Source of the DNA: Lytechinus pictus
Taxonomy: Eukaryota
Length of the DNA: 64,000 bases
Assembly (NCBI RefSeq): GCF_037042905.1
Contig: NC_087245.1
Location: 16,494,001-16,558,000 of the forward strand
Reading direction: 5' to 3'
Positions within the stretch are counted from its first letter, which is position 1. Each line of letters opens with the position of its first letter. Positions 11,611-26,113 of the stretch are shown piece after piece. Under the pieces are notes generated by a model. It ran no database searches, was not told the DNA's origin, and saw nothing but the letters and a program-made list of their open reading frames with translations. The position numbers and the translations under genes were made by a program.

Positions 11611-13856
11611 ACTAAAAAAAATCCTCGTGATCAGCTTGGTTGCTTTGATCTCTCGTTTCCAAATTTTAGCAAATTTTCCCGATTCTTAATCCAATATGAA
11701 GTATCCCTTTCCGCTGACTCGGCATTCGTCCTATTTCGGAATTACTGTATTTTGCCAATATTAAAATAATTTATATAACGTTTGAATCATATCAAAATTG
11801 AAATCTTATACTTCGTTTAAACTTTCTCTAATATTGATGACAATTTATTTAATGCTGCATATTACGTGTATGTTCCCTTTTTTAAGAAATCTTTTTATAC
11901 GCAGATATGCAAATATGCAAATATGCATTGATCTTATTAGTACTAAAATTAGATAACCCCCTATTTCGGTACAAAAAATATTTCGAAAGTACCTTTTTAA
12001 GGTACCCGATTAAGCTTGTCATTTAGAATAAACCTTGACCCTGAATTTCTCGAATCATTACAGTTATCATACCTCAATAGTGGCATTGATATATTTTTGA
12101 AAAGTTCGGAGAGTAATTGAAGGTTTTAATATATAGGCTCTGCTGCTTGGCTGTGTCATAATCCCGTAGACGATATATGGTGTTGCCCTCGAAGAATAAT
12201 CTATATGCATAAACACATGTCTGCAAGGACAAAGTGATACATCGGATGAGGATGATTCTCAACACGGCCTCCAAAGATTTCAAACATGGAACATTTTATT
12301 AAAGGAATGCACATCTTTCATTTCTCTGACTATTTTAACATGAAAAATATAGACTCAAATTGTAAATGATTTCTATTGAGAACAAAAATATATGCACCCG
12401 TTTAACCCAAGTTCATAACAATAATGAAAACCAATATTTAAAGAAATTTCTCTTTAGAATATGAGGTGAAGATGAAAAACAATTACAAAGATGAATTGCA
12501 ATATCAAAAACATTGTACTGTTATCATTTGTAAATACTTATTGATAATTATGTACTTGATAATCGTTTGGGAAGTGATAATTTTTCGCAATTCAGGTTGA
12601 CATGCCATAGTCTAGAGAATTTGTGAACCATATTTGGAATCAATTTCTGGAATAGAATATTTCGCTTTACCAAATGAAAGTGGAAAAAATGAAGAAAAAA
12701 AAGATCGAAGATCGAAGACATGGTGTCGCATATTCATCTGATAACATTACGCAATTTTTTAAGTCCTACGGTACGCTTATGACACAGGTACTTAAAGTAG
12801 GGCGACTGCGCTAGCAAAAGCTCCATTAGTTCCTTAATAACTCTACTGACGTTAAAGCGCACCATTTGATTACCCCTCTCTCCTTCCCCTTCTCTTTCCC
12901 TATACCCCCTGCTCTATCAGACCCATACTCTTTGCTGCCATGGCGACGTGCACTGAGTAATAAAACTATTTCCCGCGGTAGATACGTTGCTTCTATTACT
13001 CACTTCCTTTGGGTACACTTTCACGGGTTCTCTCTTCCTTATAACTTTAACATTGTTCTCTATATAGACTAGCTGAAGACGAGGCAAGATGGCAACGTAA
13101 TTACATCTAATTGATTCCTTTAAAATCTGAAACCAATCCAATCTCATTGGAATAGATGTTATATTAAACAGACATTTGAATTACTTTAATAATTTATTTT
13201 TACTAAGACTAGAATAGAACCTCTATCCCTCCGATATTGAATGTATCCAACTCTGGCCTGATATATACCTCAGAGTATCATTCGCCATAAATTATACACG
13301 ACTGTTTATAGTTTGAAATTGAATCAACTGTCCAAAAATTTCGAAGGGTCTAATGCGTAGACCAAATGTTACATACCGACATGAAAATTTTACAAAGCTC
13401 TTCCAATCAGTACCCAAACCCCTTTCTCGTCACCATCACCATCACCAGTACGTCCATTACTTCATAACGAAATAAAAATTGATTTTAACGATTTAAACAG
13501 CAGAATATATATATATATTTAAAAAAAGCAGATTCATTTATCCATTGATAGTTTAGTCATGATAGTCTTAGCGTAAAACTAGCCACGCCATCATTTTTTG
13601 GGGGGACTTTGTACTCGGCGGCACTTTTTATAAACAATTTTCTCCTGTCTCTCTTTGATAGCAATTAACATGCTTACTGTAGCTATAAAAACTGACGACA
13701 ATACTTGATAAAAAAAATAGGGATTGACAAAGTTTTGTTATTTTTTCAGAAACATGGGATTATACTCTCTAAACGCGTGCGTCATAGTTATATATCTCCA
13801 CTGATTTGATGTAAATATTCTTAGACAGCTGAAATGATGAATCCGTGTTTGACTAA

Positions 13857-14680
13857 ATATTTTATTCTAATCCTTCAGAATAATCCCCGTTATGACAGAT
13901 CACAAATTGTATGATATATAATATTGTGATGCTTTGTCAGATTACACACTTGCTGCCACACTGTTAGAAAATTTATCCTTAAAATAAATGAAGTTCCTGC
14001 AGCAGAGTCTCGAGAACACCTGTAATCTTACCAGATTGCGTAATCTTACAGGATTTTGGTATTTGGTGTATGGAACCTTACAAATTTCCTTTCATAAAAC
14101 ACCCTTTTCCCCCTTTTTAAACAGACCCGTTTTGTTAAATTGAAGAAAAATTCCTGTTTTATGAATTTACAGAATGATTCTGTTATTGTTTTTTGCAAAA
14201 TCTTTTTTTTCTGTAAAATCAGTTTTTTTTTAACAGTACACCTACACTAAAAACATTCTATTTAAACTTGAATGCACCTTAACAGATGAACACATATGAA
14301 AGACAAAATACTTGATAAGTAATTTTTATTTCAGTGACTTCACCAAACAAAAACAATCGAAATATCAAAACATATCAAAACAATAACAAAGAAAACATGA
14401 GAAGCTACTTGAGGTTTTAAAAAAGAAACTTCTATTTTTAAAACTGAAATTCTTCTAATACAAGTGTACCTCTGAAAATTTAAGAAGATTGTATTTGAAA
14501 TGTAAATTCCATTACTTCACATGGGTTGATTAAATGACATAGGCATATTTTATTTCTAATCCTTCAGAATAATCCCCGTTATGGCAGATCACAAATTATA
14601 CGATATGTAATATTGTGACTCTTTGTCAGTTTACATATTTGCTACCAACTACACTCAAAACTTTGAATTCAAACTTGAAC
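13857..14680. repeat. Local direct duplication (~135 bp): 13857-14272 (interrupted by a MITE) and 14545-14680
   Basis: TCTAATCCTTCAGAATAATCCCCGTTATG.CAGATCACAAATT ... CTACACT.AAAAC ... AAACTTGAA is present twice. Confidence 0.8.
13959..14238. mobile_element. CACTG-ended MITE, 2-bp TSD (CA)
   Basis: CACTGTTAGAAAA...TTTTTTAACAGTA with CA on both flanks. Absent from the duplicate copy at ~14648. Confidence 0.8.
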
Positions 14681-16640
14681 CGGTTATCAATTTATTTTAT
14701 ATTCAGTGGAAAAATATCAATAAAAATCAAAGAAAGAAAATTAATGTATAAAATAATCACGGCTTGTTTTTATCGAAGAAGGCGATTATATGAAATCGTT
14801 GATCACCATAGAAAATACAGTGTGTTTATAAACTAATGATGATCCATATATGATGCATACAGGAAAATCGCATTTTATCATACTTCCTACGTAGACTGCA
14901 ATCTCCATTTTGGTCCCGTCAATGCACTGATTTTAAAACAAGTCACAGGCGGGACAGTATCTTGCTGTAGAGGTTACTTTAAAAATAGGCTTCAAGCTGA
15001 TAGGGATCCTATTTATAGGATTCCTGCGCATGTGATATTTTACCTTGTACTCTAAAAACCAAAGAGAAAAATAGAGAAGGGTGAGAAGAGAGAGAGAAAG
15101 AGAGAGTGATAGAGAGAGAGGGGGAGGGGGAGAGAAAAAAAAGAAAGAGGGGGGATGAGGGCAGTCTCAAAACTGATATAACGAGAAGTTGTTGGTGAGT
15201 GGGCGGATGTGTGTGTTGGACTGACAAGAAAATGTAAATGTATATAAAATTGTACAGAAATATAAAAAAAGAAAATGTAAATGTATATAAAATTGTAATA
15301 AGTAGGCCTGCATTTGAAAAAAAAGTGCTTACGTGCGTGTGCGTGTGTGTGTTAATGGAGAATGTGTGACGTGCGGATTATTGCGAGTATGTTTGCTTGT
15401 TTGATGTGTAAGTGTGATGGGATAAAAGAAAGAGAGAGAGGGTGTGTGTGTGTGTGCGTGTGTGTGATAGAGAGGAGGGCAAGGGAAAAGGAGTATGTAG
15501 AAACAATATTTGATTAATGTCATTTCTGGAGACTGAATGATCACATAATAAACATTATAAAAAAAACCATAGTAAACAAATTTATAAAAACAATAATATC
15601 CCACTTCCTTTGGTAGAGAAAGTAACCTTATTCTTACCCAAACACTTCAACATTGTCTTCCTGTTTTTGAGGTAATGATTTGTGTATTTCTTTAGAAAAT
15701 TATTGGATCTGCAACTGATCAACAAAAACAACTTCCTGATTTCATGATTGGATTTGATTAGATTATAGTTTATTACCAATTGTCTTTCTCTACCGAAAAG
15801 GAAAGAAATCACTGATATAGTAGCAGAACATAGGCATGAGAAAGAAAATAAAAAAGGAAGGTAATGAAAGAGGAATTCAGACTAGCAAAAAGAGGGGTCT
15901 TGGTCGTATAGCCCTGGGGTCTGTTGCAGAAAGAGTTGCGTTTAAACGCAAGTCAAAAAATAAATCGCAAGTCCAAAATGCGCGCTGTTGATTGGTTACA
16001 AATCAAGTTGCGCATGATTTTTAGAGTTGTGTTTGATTGCAACTCTTTCTGCAACGGGCCCCAGGTCTTATTGATCAATTTAAAAATAAGATATAATTTT
16101 ACTTTTTGACCGTCTTGCTCTCCCCCTGTCAACATATCATGACGCCGGTCCTCGATTCCGTTTAAACAAAGAGGGCGACAAGTTGTAATCTGCTGGCTTC
16201 GAGATTGAGTAACAAACGACCTCCTTACGCACATACACACCAATCACGCACATACGCACACATACACACCCACACACACCCTCACGTACATAATAGGGCA
16301 CACATGAGCAATTCAGACCCCCATTCACTAACGTGTTAAATCATAGCTCATCAAAAAAATCATCAAAAATCAATGCCTTGATAGATTTTACTTTATTACA
16401 CTGATATTAATCACAATGCACAGTACAACAGTTTTGTTACGTTAATCGGGTACTTGTCTCGATCAAACAAAAGTTAAATGGCCTGAGATATGACTACCAA
16501 TAATTTCGGTCAGTTCACTGCAAGAAAAACCGGAACTGCATTGTGGATAAATACTATTAAAAAATGGTGACGATTTTTTACCTGAAGGCTAAGAAAGCGT
16601 GAATGATTTTAAACGAGCAACCAGAAGACTGACGTACGTC

Positions 16641-17225
16641 TTATATGGATGGTCCAGGCTGGAGATATTTATATCTCAATAAATAGAGTAAAATTTACAA
16701 AGCAAAATGCTGAAAATTTGATCAAAATCGGAAAACAAATAACGAAGTTATTGAATTTTAAAGATTTGCATTATTACGGTGAAACAGTTCTAGGCATGTC
16801 TCTATGACTATTCATTAGATGGACTGATGACGTCCCCATTTGTTCTCTTGTATCTTATTATCTGAAATTAGGTTTATTAAAAAAAAAAATACCAAGAGCT
16901 AAAACAATTGGATTGACAACTGATTAAGTGCATTAGTTATTTACTGTCGCAACTTATTTAATCATAATGGAGACACATTATTTACACATGTATGAAAAAA
17001 ATGAAACATTTATTATTTCAAGTAATAACATAAGAAAAAAGTAAAGTGGGGATGTGACATCATCAGCCCACCTAATGAATATTCATGACTGTTTAAAAAA
17101 AATATTGATAAATTTTAAAATTCAATAACTTCGTTATTTGTTATCCGATTTTGATGAAATTTTCAGCATTTTGCTCTTTCTATTTATTTAGATATAAATA
17201 TTTTCAGCCCGGACCATCCCTTTAA
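16641..17225. mobile_element. TTAA-flanked MITE with ~120-130-bp TIRs (Kolobok-like)
   Basis: Left GGATGGTCCAGGCTG...GCAAAATGCTGAAAATTTGATCAAAATCGG...AACGAAGTTATTGAATTTTAAA; the right end is its reverse complement, ending CAGCCCGGACCATCCCTTTAA. Confidence 0.8.
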
Positions 17226-17254
17226 GGTACTCGCCGATAATGCTTAACCAAAGT

Positions 17255-17329
17255 TCACTAGCGCACAAGTGGGAATCAAACTCGGGTCACCGGAATCCGA
17301 AACTCCCGCTCTACCGACTGAGCTATCTC
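17255..17329 (-). mobile_element. tRNA-derived SINE head
   Basis: Minus strand GAGATAGCTCAGTCGGTAGAGCG (A box) ... GAGTTTGATTCCCAC (degenerate B box). The cloverleaf is imperfect. Confidence 0.6.
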
Positions 17330-17694
17330 CTAAGGCCCTAATTAAGAAAGGGCATGAACATAGGATTATTTCTATTATTTATATTTTTTATGTACAACAT
17401 TTTGTCTAGTTTTGATAAATTATTCAAATCAATAAAGTCATGTGATCTTTACTTATGCCTGTCTAGAATGCATTGCACGCGGATGAATAACTGATGTGTG
17501 CCCTATACACACTCTCACTATATCTAGCACTTACTCTCTCATCCTCTACCCCTCTCGTGCAACAATTGATTTAAAAGTTTGCAATTGAGAAACTTAAAGA
17601 GAAATGTATCATGATCATATTTCATATTGTTGAAATTTGATAAAATAATAATTACATTGCAATTATTATAACCCCGGTCATCTGATCCTGCATG

Positions 17695-17884
17695 CCTGCA
17701 CACAATGTATGCAATTCCTTCACCCCCTGGGGAGCATTCCAACAAGAGTTCAAAGACTCAATTCAAAGGCATACAACATAGACTTTTGCATCCTACCGGG
17801 TACCGATTCAACACCTGGGTTGAGATTGGCAAAATGTGGATTGACGCCTTGTCAAATTTAGAGCCGCTACACCACGACGCCCCC
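17695..17884 (-). mobile_element. tRNA-derived SINE remnant with conserved body
   Basis: Minus strand GGGGCGTCGTGGTGTAGCGG (A-box-like head), then ...CTCAACCCAGGTGTTGAATCGGTACCCGG, resembling the central domain of deuterostome SINEs (recalled, not searched). Confidence 0.5.
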
Positions 17885-20800
17885 ACATCTATAATTTCTT
17901 CCGCTTACTACAGAAATACATTGATCTACTATCTCTCATATCTCAAACATAATTATTTTCACGTCTTTGTTCTTTTTGTTCATCTACGTCTACTTTAAAT
18001 AAACCTGATGGTATTTCCATGATTCTGTTGACAATTATGCCCCTCGGTCCTGGCCTCGTTGCTCCTCCCACACACCCCCTTCCTCCTCACCTCACCACTG
18101 TCTTCTACATCCTCTTTCTCCCTCACATACTTACCACACACACGCCCACTCGCACACATTCATCTCTTCAATGTCTTTTTCCCCTGTCTTTTTGTTTCAC
18201 TTCTGAATCCCTCGATCCCTCTTCCTCTCTATCCGACCCCTCACACGTACTCAATACTATGCGTCATCCTCTCTTTCCCTTCATTTACCTCGTCTCTGTA
18301 GCCATAATTTTCACTCTCTTTCTCCTTGTCTGTCTCTCCCCATTTTCTCACATTTTATTTCGTTTTTTCATAGGTTTTATATAAGAGGGAGAAAATTAGG
18401 CCTACAAAGGGTTTATCTGAAAATGCACCTTCCCCTCATATCTAAATGAAAGGAAGTTAGACAAAAGAAATAAAGTTATTTTATATTTTGACCTCGGAAA
18501 CTCTCTTGATACTTTATGTGAATATCATGATACCATGCTTGTATCAGTAATGTGACCATTTCCCGGTTTTGTTATGTCTTATTAAAGGTATTAAATATAT
18601 TAATGCCTTTCGTACGATAAAGTAATACATAACAAGTTTGCTCACTACCACGAATACATTAACAAAGCAAACACAAGTGTCAGTTAACACAGATATTTAT
18701 ACAACCCATTAACATTATATAATTTGAGTAAACAAATGCTAAAAAAGTACATAATGCATTAAGAGCGAAGGGGTCAGCCGGGTATAGCGTATAAAGCTTA
18801 TAAAGTGATATTTAAAACTGCTGAAATGAGAAAAAAAATTGTTATATGTTGTTGTAACTTGAACTTTGCATTCACTTTCAAGTGTGTTATTATCACGATG
18901 TTGAGAACTAACCCTCTCAAACACCATTATCGACTGATTCAATCATTGCATCAATAACTTTAATTCAGGCAACGTCACCCCCCGGGGTCACCCCTCCCTT
19001 CCCCCACCCTCCACGTCTTTCCCTCTCCTCCACACAAACCCTCCCTACAAGTTTACAGGCCATAGCCTGCAGCAAGCCCTTCTCGTGGTTGGCTGTGGGC
19101 CTAACATGGGTGACGAGGGTGTACCCATGATAATCTTTACTTCCCGTTGCGGAGACATGCGTTGGATGTGAGAGTGTAATTCTCCTATTCTACTTTTGTG
19201 AAATATAGCTATACAGCCTCAATGTACTTAAATGTCAAGGAGCTTGCTTAACAGGAGGGGCACCCTTTGTGTAAAATAACGAGGTAAATGCAATGAGAGG
19301 GATAGCTTCCAAATGACTGTAATTAACGTAATTTGCTACCACCGTCTGCTGATAAAATACGCATTAAATCTCGAAATTAAGTGTTTGATAGATGGGAAAT
19401 ATAAACATGATATAGGGGGATGTCCAGCATGATGAATTGTTTGGCAAAAATCATTCAAACAATAACGGAGTTATGGATTTTTGAAGTTTTGATTTTGAGA
19501 GCCATAATTCTGACCTGAATGTAGGCCTATATTTAATACATTTACCATACTGAATGTTATTTTCTTTAAACATGTTAAATGTGAAAGGATTTCATACACG
19601 CTTCTATGAGAAATATATTTTAAACATTATGAAAATGGAAATGTATATTACATTACATATGGGGCGGCTGCTCGCACATGACGTCACGAATTCCAAATTG
19701 TAATAATGCACTACTCTCCTATTGTGTATGGATTTTGATTGATCCTATGTCAGCAACCTTATTTTCTCTATTATTCCTGCATTTATTGAAACAAAGCTAT
19801 CGTCAGGTTGAACTTCCCTGCCCCCTTAAGCATACGCTCATGTTATTTGGGAAAAGACTCTCTAATCTTACTAGTGATTATAAAAATACTAATTTCCGAA
19901 TACCATTATTGCCACATATCGATTCATCAGACAGAACGTCTTATTAAGTTCCTTCCATCATTTAAGAGAAATACAAATTTGAAATTATAAAGACATAGAA
20001 TTTGAGGCACCGAAGCATGTAATAGTCAATATTAAAAAATGAATGTATTCATTTCTTACACCTCTAGACAGTACATTGTAGCCACAAAACAAACTATTGA
20101 AAATAATGTAGTTTCAGCTCAGATGAGGAATATGCGTTTCTGTAGTCGTTGTAAGGATTGATTACATTGTGGGGTCAGGTGTGTTAAAAAGTCTAAAAAG
20201 GCGAGTGTGCGTGTGTGTGTGTGTGACTAAATGCGTTCATGCTTTGTCATGTGACTATGTGTGTATGATTGAATAGATGATGCACAGTATATGAATGTGG
20301 GCAGGTGTAAGAGTGCGTAAAGGTGCGTCTGCTCATGTGTGTGTAGTTATTTGGGGTAAGAGTGTGGGTGAGTGTGTTTGTTATGGTGTATGTGATGTTG
20401 TGACTCCTTATATTTCTATCTACGAGACGGGGTGGGGTGGGTTGTTTGCCTGATGCATTTAAATTGCCTTCATTGATATTCAAAGTTCTCAGTTTTATAA
20501 AATAATGTATTGAAATTGTTAGACAAAGATGATAAAACATAATCATATATACTGTTTATAGACGGAAATAATTGAAGTTCTCATTTAATTTGCAGTTGGC
20601 GAAATCACGATGAAAACATCGGTATCCATGTGTTTGGGCGTTCTTGTTTGTGTTTATTTGTTTTATTTAAAATGTCATTTGAAAGTTTTCAAATCTATCA
20701 ATAATTTGTGCATTAACGTTTATTCAAGTACACTTCAGTAAATGTACCGAAATGTGTTTTTCGCTTGTTTTAGATTACTGGCTGTTTCTACTGGTTGGTC

Positions 20801-21327
20801 TTCAATTTATTATTTTTCATTCGTCATGATTTACAAATTAATCAACACATACACAGGTGTGGACTGTCTCACTATTGCAGTTGGGTAGGTGTCAGACAGT
20901 CAATCTTTCGTCTTGCAATTTTGATTTATTCGGTAAATTTCTTTTTCATTCCTATTAAAATTAAATGAAGCCTTTTGAATTAATTTCCATAAATCACGGA
21001 AGGGAAAATATTAAAGTTAGGACTTCTTATGCCATGATATTTTTTAGTTGTTTACTGCATTTTTAAACTTTTAATGAAAACAACTTATGTGTTAGAATGA
21101 ACCATAAACACAACTATTCTCCCATCCTTTCCTGTTAGCTAGTCTAGTAGAGGAGGGTGTTAATCATGATCCAGTGAGGAAGGGCTGTTTTAATTAACGC
21201 TTTTAATCACACTTCCTCCCATAATCTTATGCTGATACTATAAGGCAATGAGTTCACCAATGCTGAGTCAGTCACATACCACAAATAATGATGGTAATGA
21301 ATTTTAAACGCAAGTACTATATTTATA

Positions 21328-21550
21328 CACTCTTAAAATAGTTGGGCAAAAAATGCCAAATTTTTTAACCAAACCTGGGCAACATACTGTCCACACAGCT
21401 ATTGGTTAAAATCTGCCCAAATTTGGTAATAAAAACTGATAATTGGATACAAAACTTGCTCAATTTTATAATAATTGCCCAGAATACATATTCTACCAAC
21501 ATACATTACCCAACACAGTGGACAGTATGTTGCCCAACATTTTAAGTGTG
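21328..21550. mobile_element. CACTC-ended palindromic MITE, 'GTTGGGCAAC' family, copy 1
   Basis: TA|CACTCTTAAAATAGTTGGGCAA...GTTGCCCAACATTTTAAGTGTG|TA. Homologous to the copies at 34387 and 37168. Confidence 0.75.
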
Positions 21551-24500
21551 TATGTATATCCGACTTTAACTTGGATTTCTGTTTCTGTGTATGTGACTTT
21601 CCGCATTTTTCAACAATTTCTTTTCCATTTTTTGATATCTTGAATTTGATAAGTCTGCAACGACATTTAACGTAAAAGCCTTTCTAACGAATTGACCCTT
21701 CCATCATTTTGTCGCAAAGTTTAAAAAAAAAAATTATATCATCATTATTGTTATCCAATGTTAAAATAAATACAGCATACGGGTGTTGTTTTTCAGATGT
21801 TTATAAATGGCTTTTTGTGCTTGACATCGTGTAAAATGGTTTCATTGTTCCCTCAGAATTTCCTTGCTCGTTGCATAAAAAACAAAAAAATGACAAGTTT
21901 GAAAACAAAGACCATTACTCTCGTCTTAAAATTCCTCTTCATGAATTAATGTTTATAATTTCCTATAGAGAATTATGTGTGAAGTAAACAATGTTATACA
22001 AAAAGTAATGTATATTATTTTGTAAAATAAATGTAATGTAGAATTAGTATAAATTTCCTGTTTCAATATTTTTTTTAATGAATGTATCACTACATTTACA
22101 TGTTTTCTTTTCTCCAAATAAACACCTGAAACACTTTATCATTTAAGAAATAAAACATTTATTGGGGTTTCCATTTCAACATGTTATCTTGTATAAAATC
22201 GATACAAACATACACATTTTGAAATCGCGGAATGCACATGATGTCATTTAAGACATTACATATTCAAATAATGTGCAATTAGTGAATTATTACAATCTCA
22301 ACAATCCCTTACTGGTGACGACATACGCTACGAACAGTGAAAAGTCGTTACGAAAAGGTGTACATATTACATGTATTATTAACCAAAAATTTAGCTGAGA
22401 TATACATGTTAACGCATAGAGGATAATGAACTCTAAAATATGACATCTTGACTTTTATTACTCCCTGTTTTGTTAACCCATCTATACACAACTACATGTA
22501 CCTAAGTAACAGTCCACGTAGTTTCTATATAAAAGATTATTTCTACAGACTCAATACGTACTTAGAGATAAAATTCTATTTACAAAATCAAGCAACAATA
22601 CGAACAAAAAAACGGAAAGGATTAAACTGTGAAGTATCATTAATTTATATAGTCATTAAAATAACTAAAAGAACCAAGCAGAACAAATTATAAAAAGAAA
22701 TAACTTTGCGGTATTTAATCAATATATAGATATTCTTTAAATTTTATGTACACCACTAAACTAAACATACTATTTTCAAGTGTCTTCTAAATTACTTAGA
22801 AATAATACTTTATCACCAATTACAAAAATAGCATACCGAACCAAAAGGCATAACACTACCTTGCTCATCTTTTAGAAAGAAAATAGAATAACTAACGGAA
22901 TAAAAAAAACAAGGCAGCTTGTATTTATTTTTTCGTGGTTGACCACCTATCTTACAATTTGTTACAATTTGTACAAATATTTAGCACCACATTATTCAAA
23001 CGAACAAAAACAAAGAAAACGATATAGTAATACAAAGCATTATAATACAGTTTGCTTTTTGCTGGAAAGACAATGATTTTTTAAGCGATAATGAAACTCG
23101 GAGCGACTCTCATTTCAATATAATCCATTGAAATTAGGATGTTTATGAAGACCTTGACACACCAGGAACGGTCTGGGTCTTGGTCCGATCTGATGAGATA
23201 TCCAAAGAGCATAAATCACACCAACTACGTATCATGACCTGGTCGGCAAAACGGTTAGCAAAAAAGTTTGTTTTCCCAAATAGACCCCCCCCCCGCGGAT
23301 GATTCAAGGTTTAGGACACACGGTGACTCAGTCCAGATTTGATGTGACAAGGTCTACAGAACATGTCTTTGGGATGGTCCAATCACTCAGATGTTTTTAT
23401 ATAAGATGTGAATTCCTAGATGAGATATCCATTGTATTGCACTTCAGTGATGATGAAAGACAAGTCAAAGCTTTCTCCTCAATCTGTCCAAGGATAAAGA
23501 AATTAAATTAAATTAGATATATCATTTTCAAATTACACAGGTAAGCCTGCCTTACTCAAATATACTGGGACTTCATACATCTTTGAGAGTTAAAATAAGT
23601 TCAGCTTAGATAGGCTAAAGAAAGCACACAGTCCTGCATAATCTGATCTAAAGGAAATGCTTTTAATTAGGGATGGTGATGAACGCCAATGTGCAGACTT
23701 GATTTTCTTTTTCAAAAAACGAGAAAAAAAGCTGTTTGACAAAGGGTAAGTGATATATATATATAAACTTGCATAAGATATTACTGTTAAAGCAATGATA
23801 CAATTGGCAAAACTCTCAGAAGGCAATTGATTGTTCCATCTCCTAAAGCAACATCAAAATGTGGAGGTATTTCTCTCTCAACATGGATGAATGTAGATTG
23901 TTGTAAATCATGTCGATGGGGCATGTGAATTAAAAGTTCCTGCAGTAGGCATACAATACTAGTAATATGAGACCTCGTGCAATTCAAGATGCAAAGAATC
24001 ATACAAATGCAAGTCATGTTAAAACAAAATGCAATTCATTATAATTCTTTACAATTCCCCCCAGAAACCCAGAACTGAAATAAAGATAAACCCACAGTAA
24101 GGTCGACGATACTTTCATGCAATGAGATAACGATATATGTATTTGTTACCCCCATTACTGCTAAATGAACGTGTACGTACATGAACAATGCCTCTGAAAG
24201 ATTATTTAAAAAAAATTAACACGAGCAACTTATATTAGCATTGTCGAGAAAATAAAATACATGATAAGAAATGTCATGGGCTCATTACATAGCGTCAAAA
24301 ACGGGATATCTCTGACGTTTGGACGTCATGATTAAAGGGAATCGATGCAGAACCTCGAATACAAAAACCATGTAGATTACGTCAAGGCCAATTAACAATT
24401 TTTCTAGCCTAGAAATGCTATTGAATTTTTATTCTGACGATGAAACAGTAATGTGTAACTAAGCACAGACTAGATATAGGCCCAGAGTACGAGAACTAAA

Positions 24501-26016
24501 AGAAAATAAACTAAAGAAGGTATGAATGAGGAAGTGTTAAGAAAAAAATGCGAACATGCCTGTGATATCAGCCAACGTAGAAGAAATTATAGAAGTTCCA
24601 ACAGCACAGATGAAACGAAAACTGATTCAGCATGTATATAACACAAAGTCATGCTTTAGGAATAGTAAGCATACCTTCTATCAAGTATTAGATCATAGAC
24701 TTCCGTTTCTGACGAACGAACACCTAGATATGGTCCGCTCTCGGGGGTTAACCCTAAAAAACATTTTGAACTTTTGGAGTTCCGGTGTCGATGGAGTCCT
24801 CAAGTGGGAAACACAAAAAGGGATATAGCAAAATATTGGTGTAATCATCACATAAAATTCTATGCATTGGACTGATGGTAAGAAGTGTGCTCTACCAAAT
24901 ATGTCATAACCATCTGATTCTCCATTCCTCGAACCACTTTCGGTTGGGCCACAAATTGCATTTAAAATTGCACATGGTGTGTGAGTTGTTTGTTTGTACT
25001 TTTGGATATCGTAAAATTCTTATGGTATTTATCTTTGATCTGTAATATTGGTGCTTTTACATTATTTTTTGCTTCCTAAGACCAAGCTGTGACAACTAGA
25101 ATTCGTTCGGGCCAGACGGATGTCTAATGGTTAATGATGCAAAAATGCTTAAGCGATGTATGACCAGTTTGTGAGTAAAATGGTTACAAGGGAAGTGACA
25201 ACAAAATGCTTCTTAGAATCAAGATAAATACTACAACTACAGGCCACTAAATGTGCATCTACAGGTTCCAAATGCAATTTCTAGCCAACCTACGGTTTGA
25301 GTTTTTGTGTATTGCACTTCGTGTCTTCGACGTTGGCTGATTAAAAGTTCTTGTAGAGACCACCTCTGTACATTTTTGAAGAAAGAAATAACCCCACATG
25401 CATTGTTGACTTGATTTAAGATTGAGAGTAACTACTCGCATGAAATAAACAGGAAAACTACATTGAATTTTGCGGTTTTATGGGCATTCTCATGGCAAAA
25501 TATCATTCATTTATATGGATATGCCGTGATCGTTAGCAGTAGCCTTTACTCTTTCACTAATAAAGTTATATTATAACTATAGTACATGTAAATAAAGCAC
25601 CTACAAAGACACTAATACATTTCATGCAGTTATAGAAGCTACGGAGCAATGTATACCAACTACAAGAACATGCACTGTGCTAACATATAAGCTGTGAAAA
25701 TATAGATCATTGTTAATACCATGGGTAGGAATTTTCAAATGATGTTGAATATCATCTACAAGTCAAATCATATAAAACATATAGGAGACAGACATTCATG
25801 TAGGCCTTTGAGGATGGAAGGTACTTTGGTAAATTACAAAAAAAAAACATTTCACATTATTTTTTTTCCAAGCAGAGAGCAGCACTCTGTATCGTAGCTT
25901 ACAATAACGTGTATGTAAATATGGTCCGTTTGTATTTTAGGTCGTGGTAACCTAGGGCGAAATGAGTTAATCCGTTGCCATTATCACATTATATTTATTA
26001 TTTCAATTAAACTTAC

Positions 26017-26113
26017 CTGTAGAGGACGAAGACAAGGATGATAACCATTATGATAAATACAATAAGGGCTGGAAGAATGGCGGCAAGAACTACGACGCCC
26101 TTTGACGTACAAC
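26017..26113 (-). CDS. Gene 2 exon 6: transmembrane helix
   Basis: tttattcag|GT TGT ACG ... CTSKGVVVLAAILPALIVFIIMVIILVFVLYR |gtaag, 97 nt. Confidence 0.88.

Noticed and set aside
18019..18384. 121-aa hydrophobic ORF, and similar ORFs at 15329, 20247, 38245 and 50329
   Set aside because: Derived from CT/CA/AGAT low-complexity tracts; no splice or homology support.
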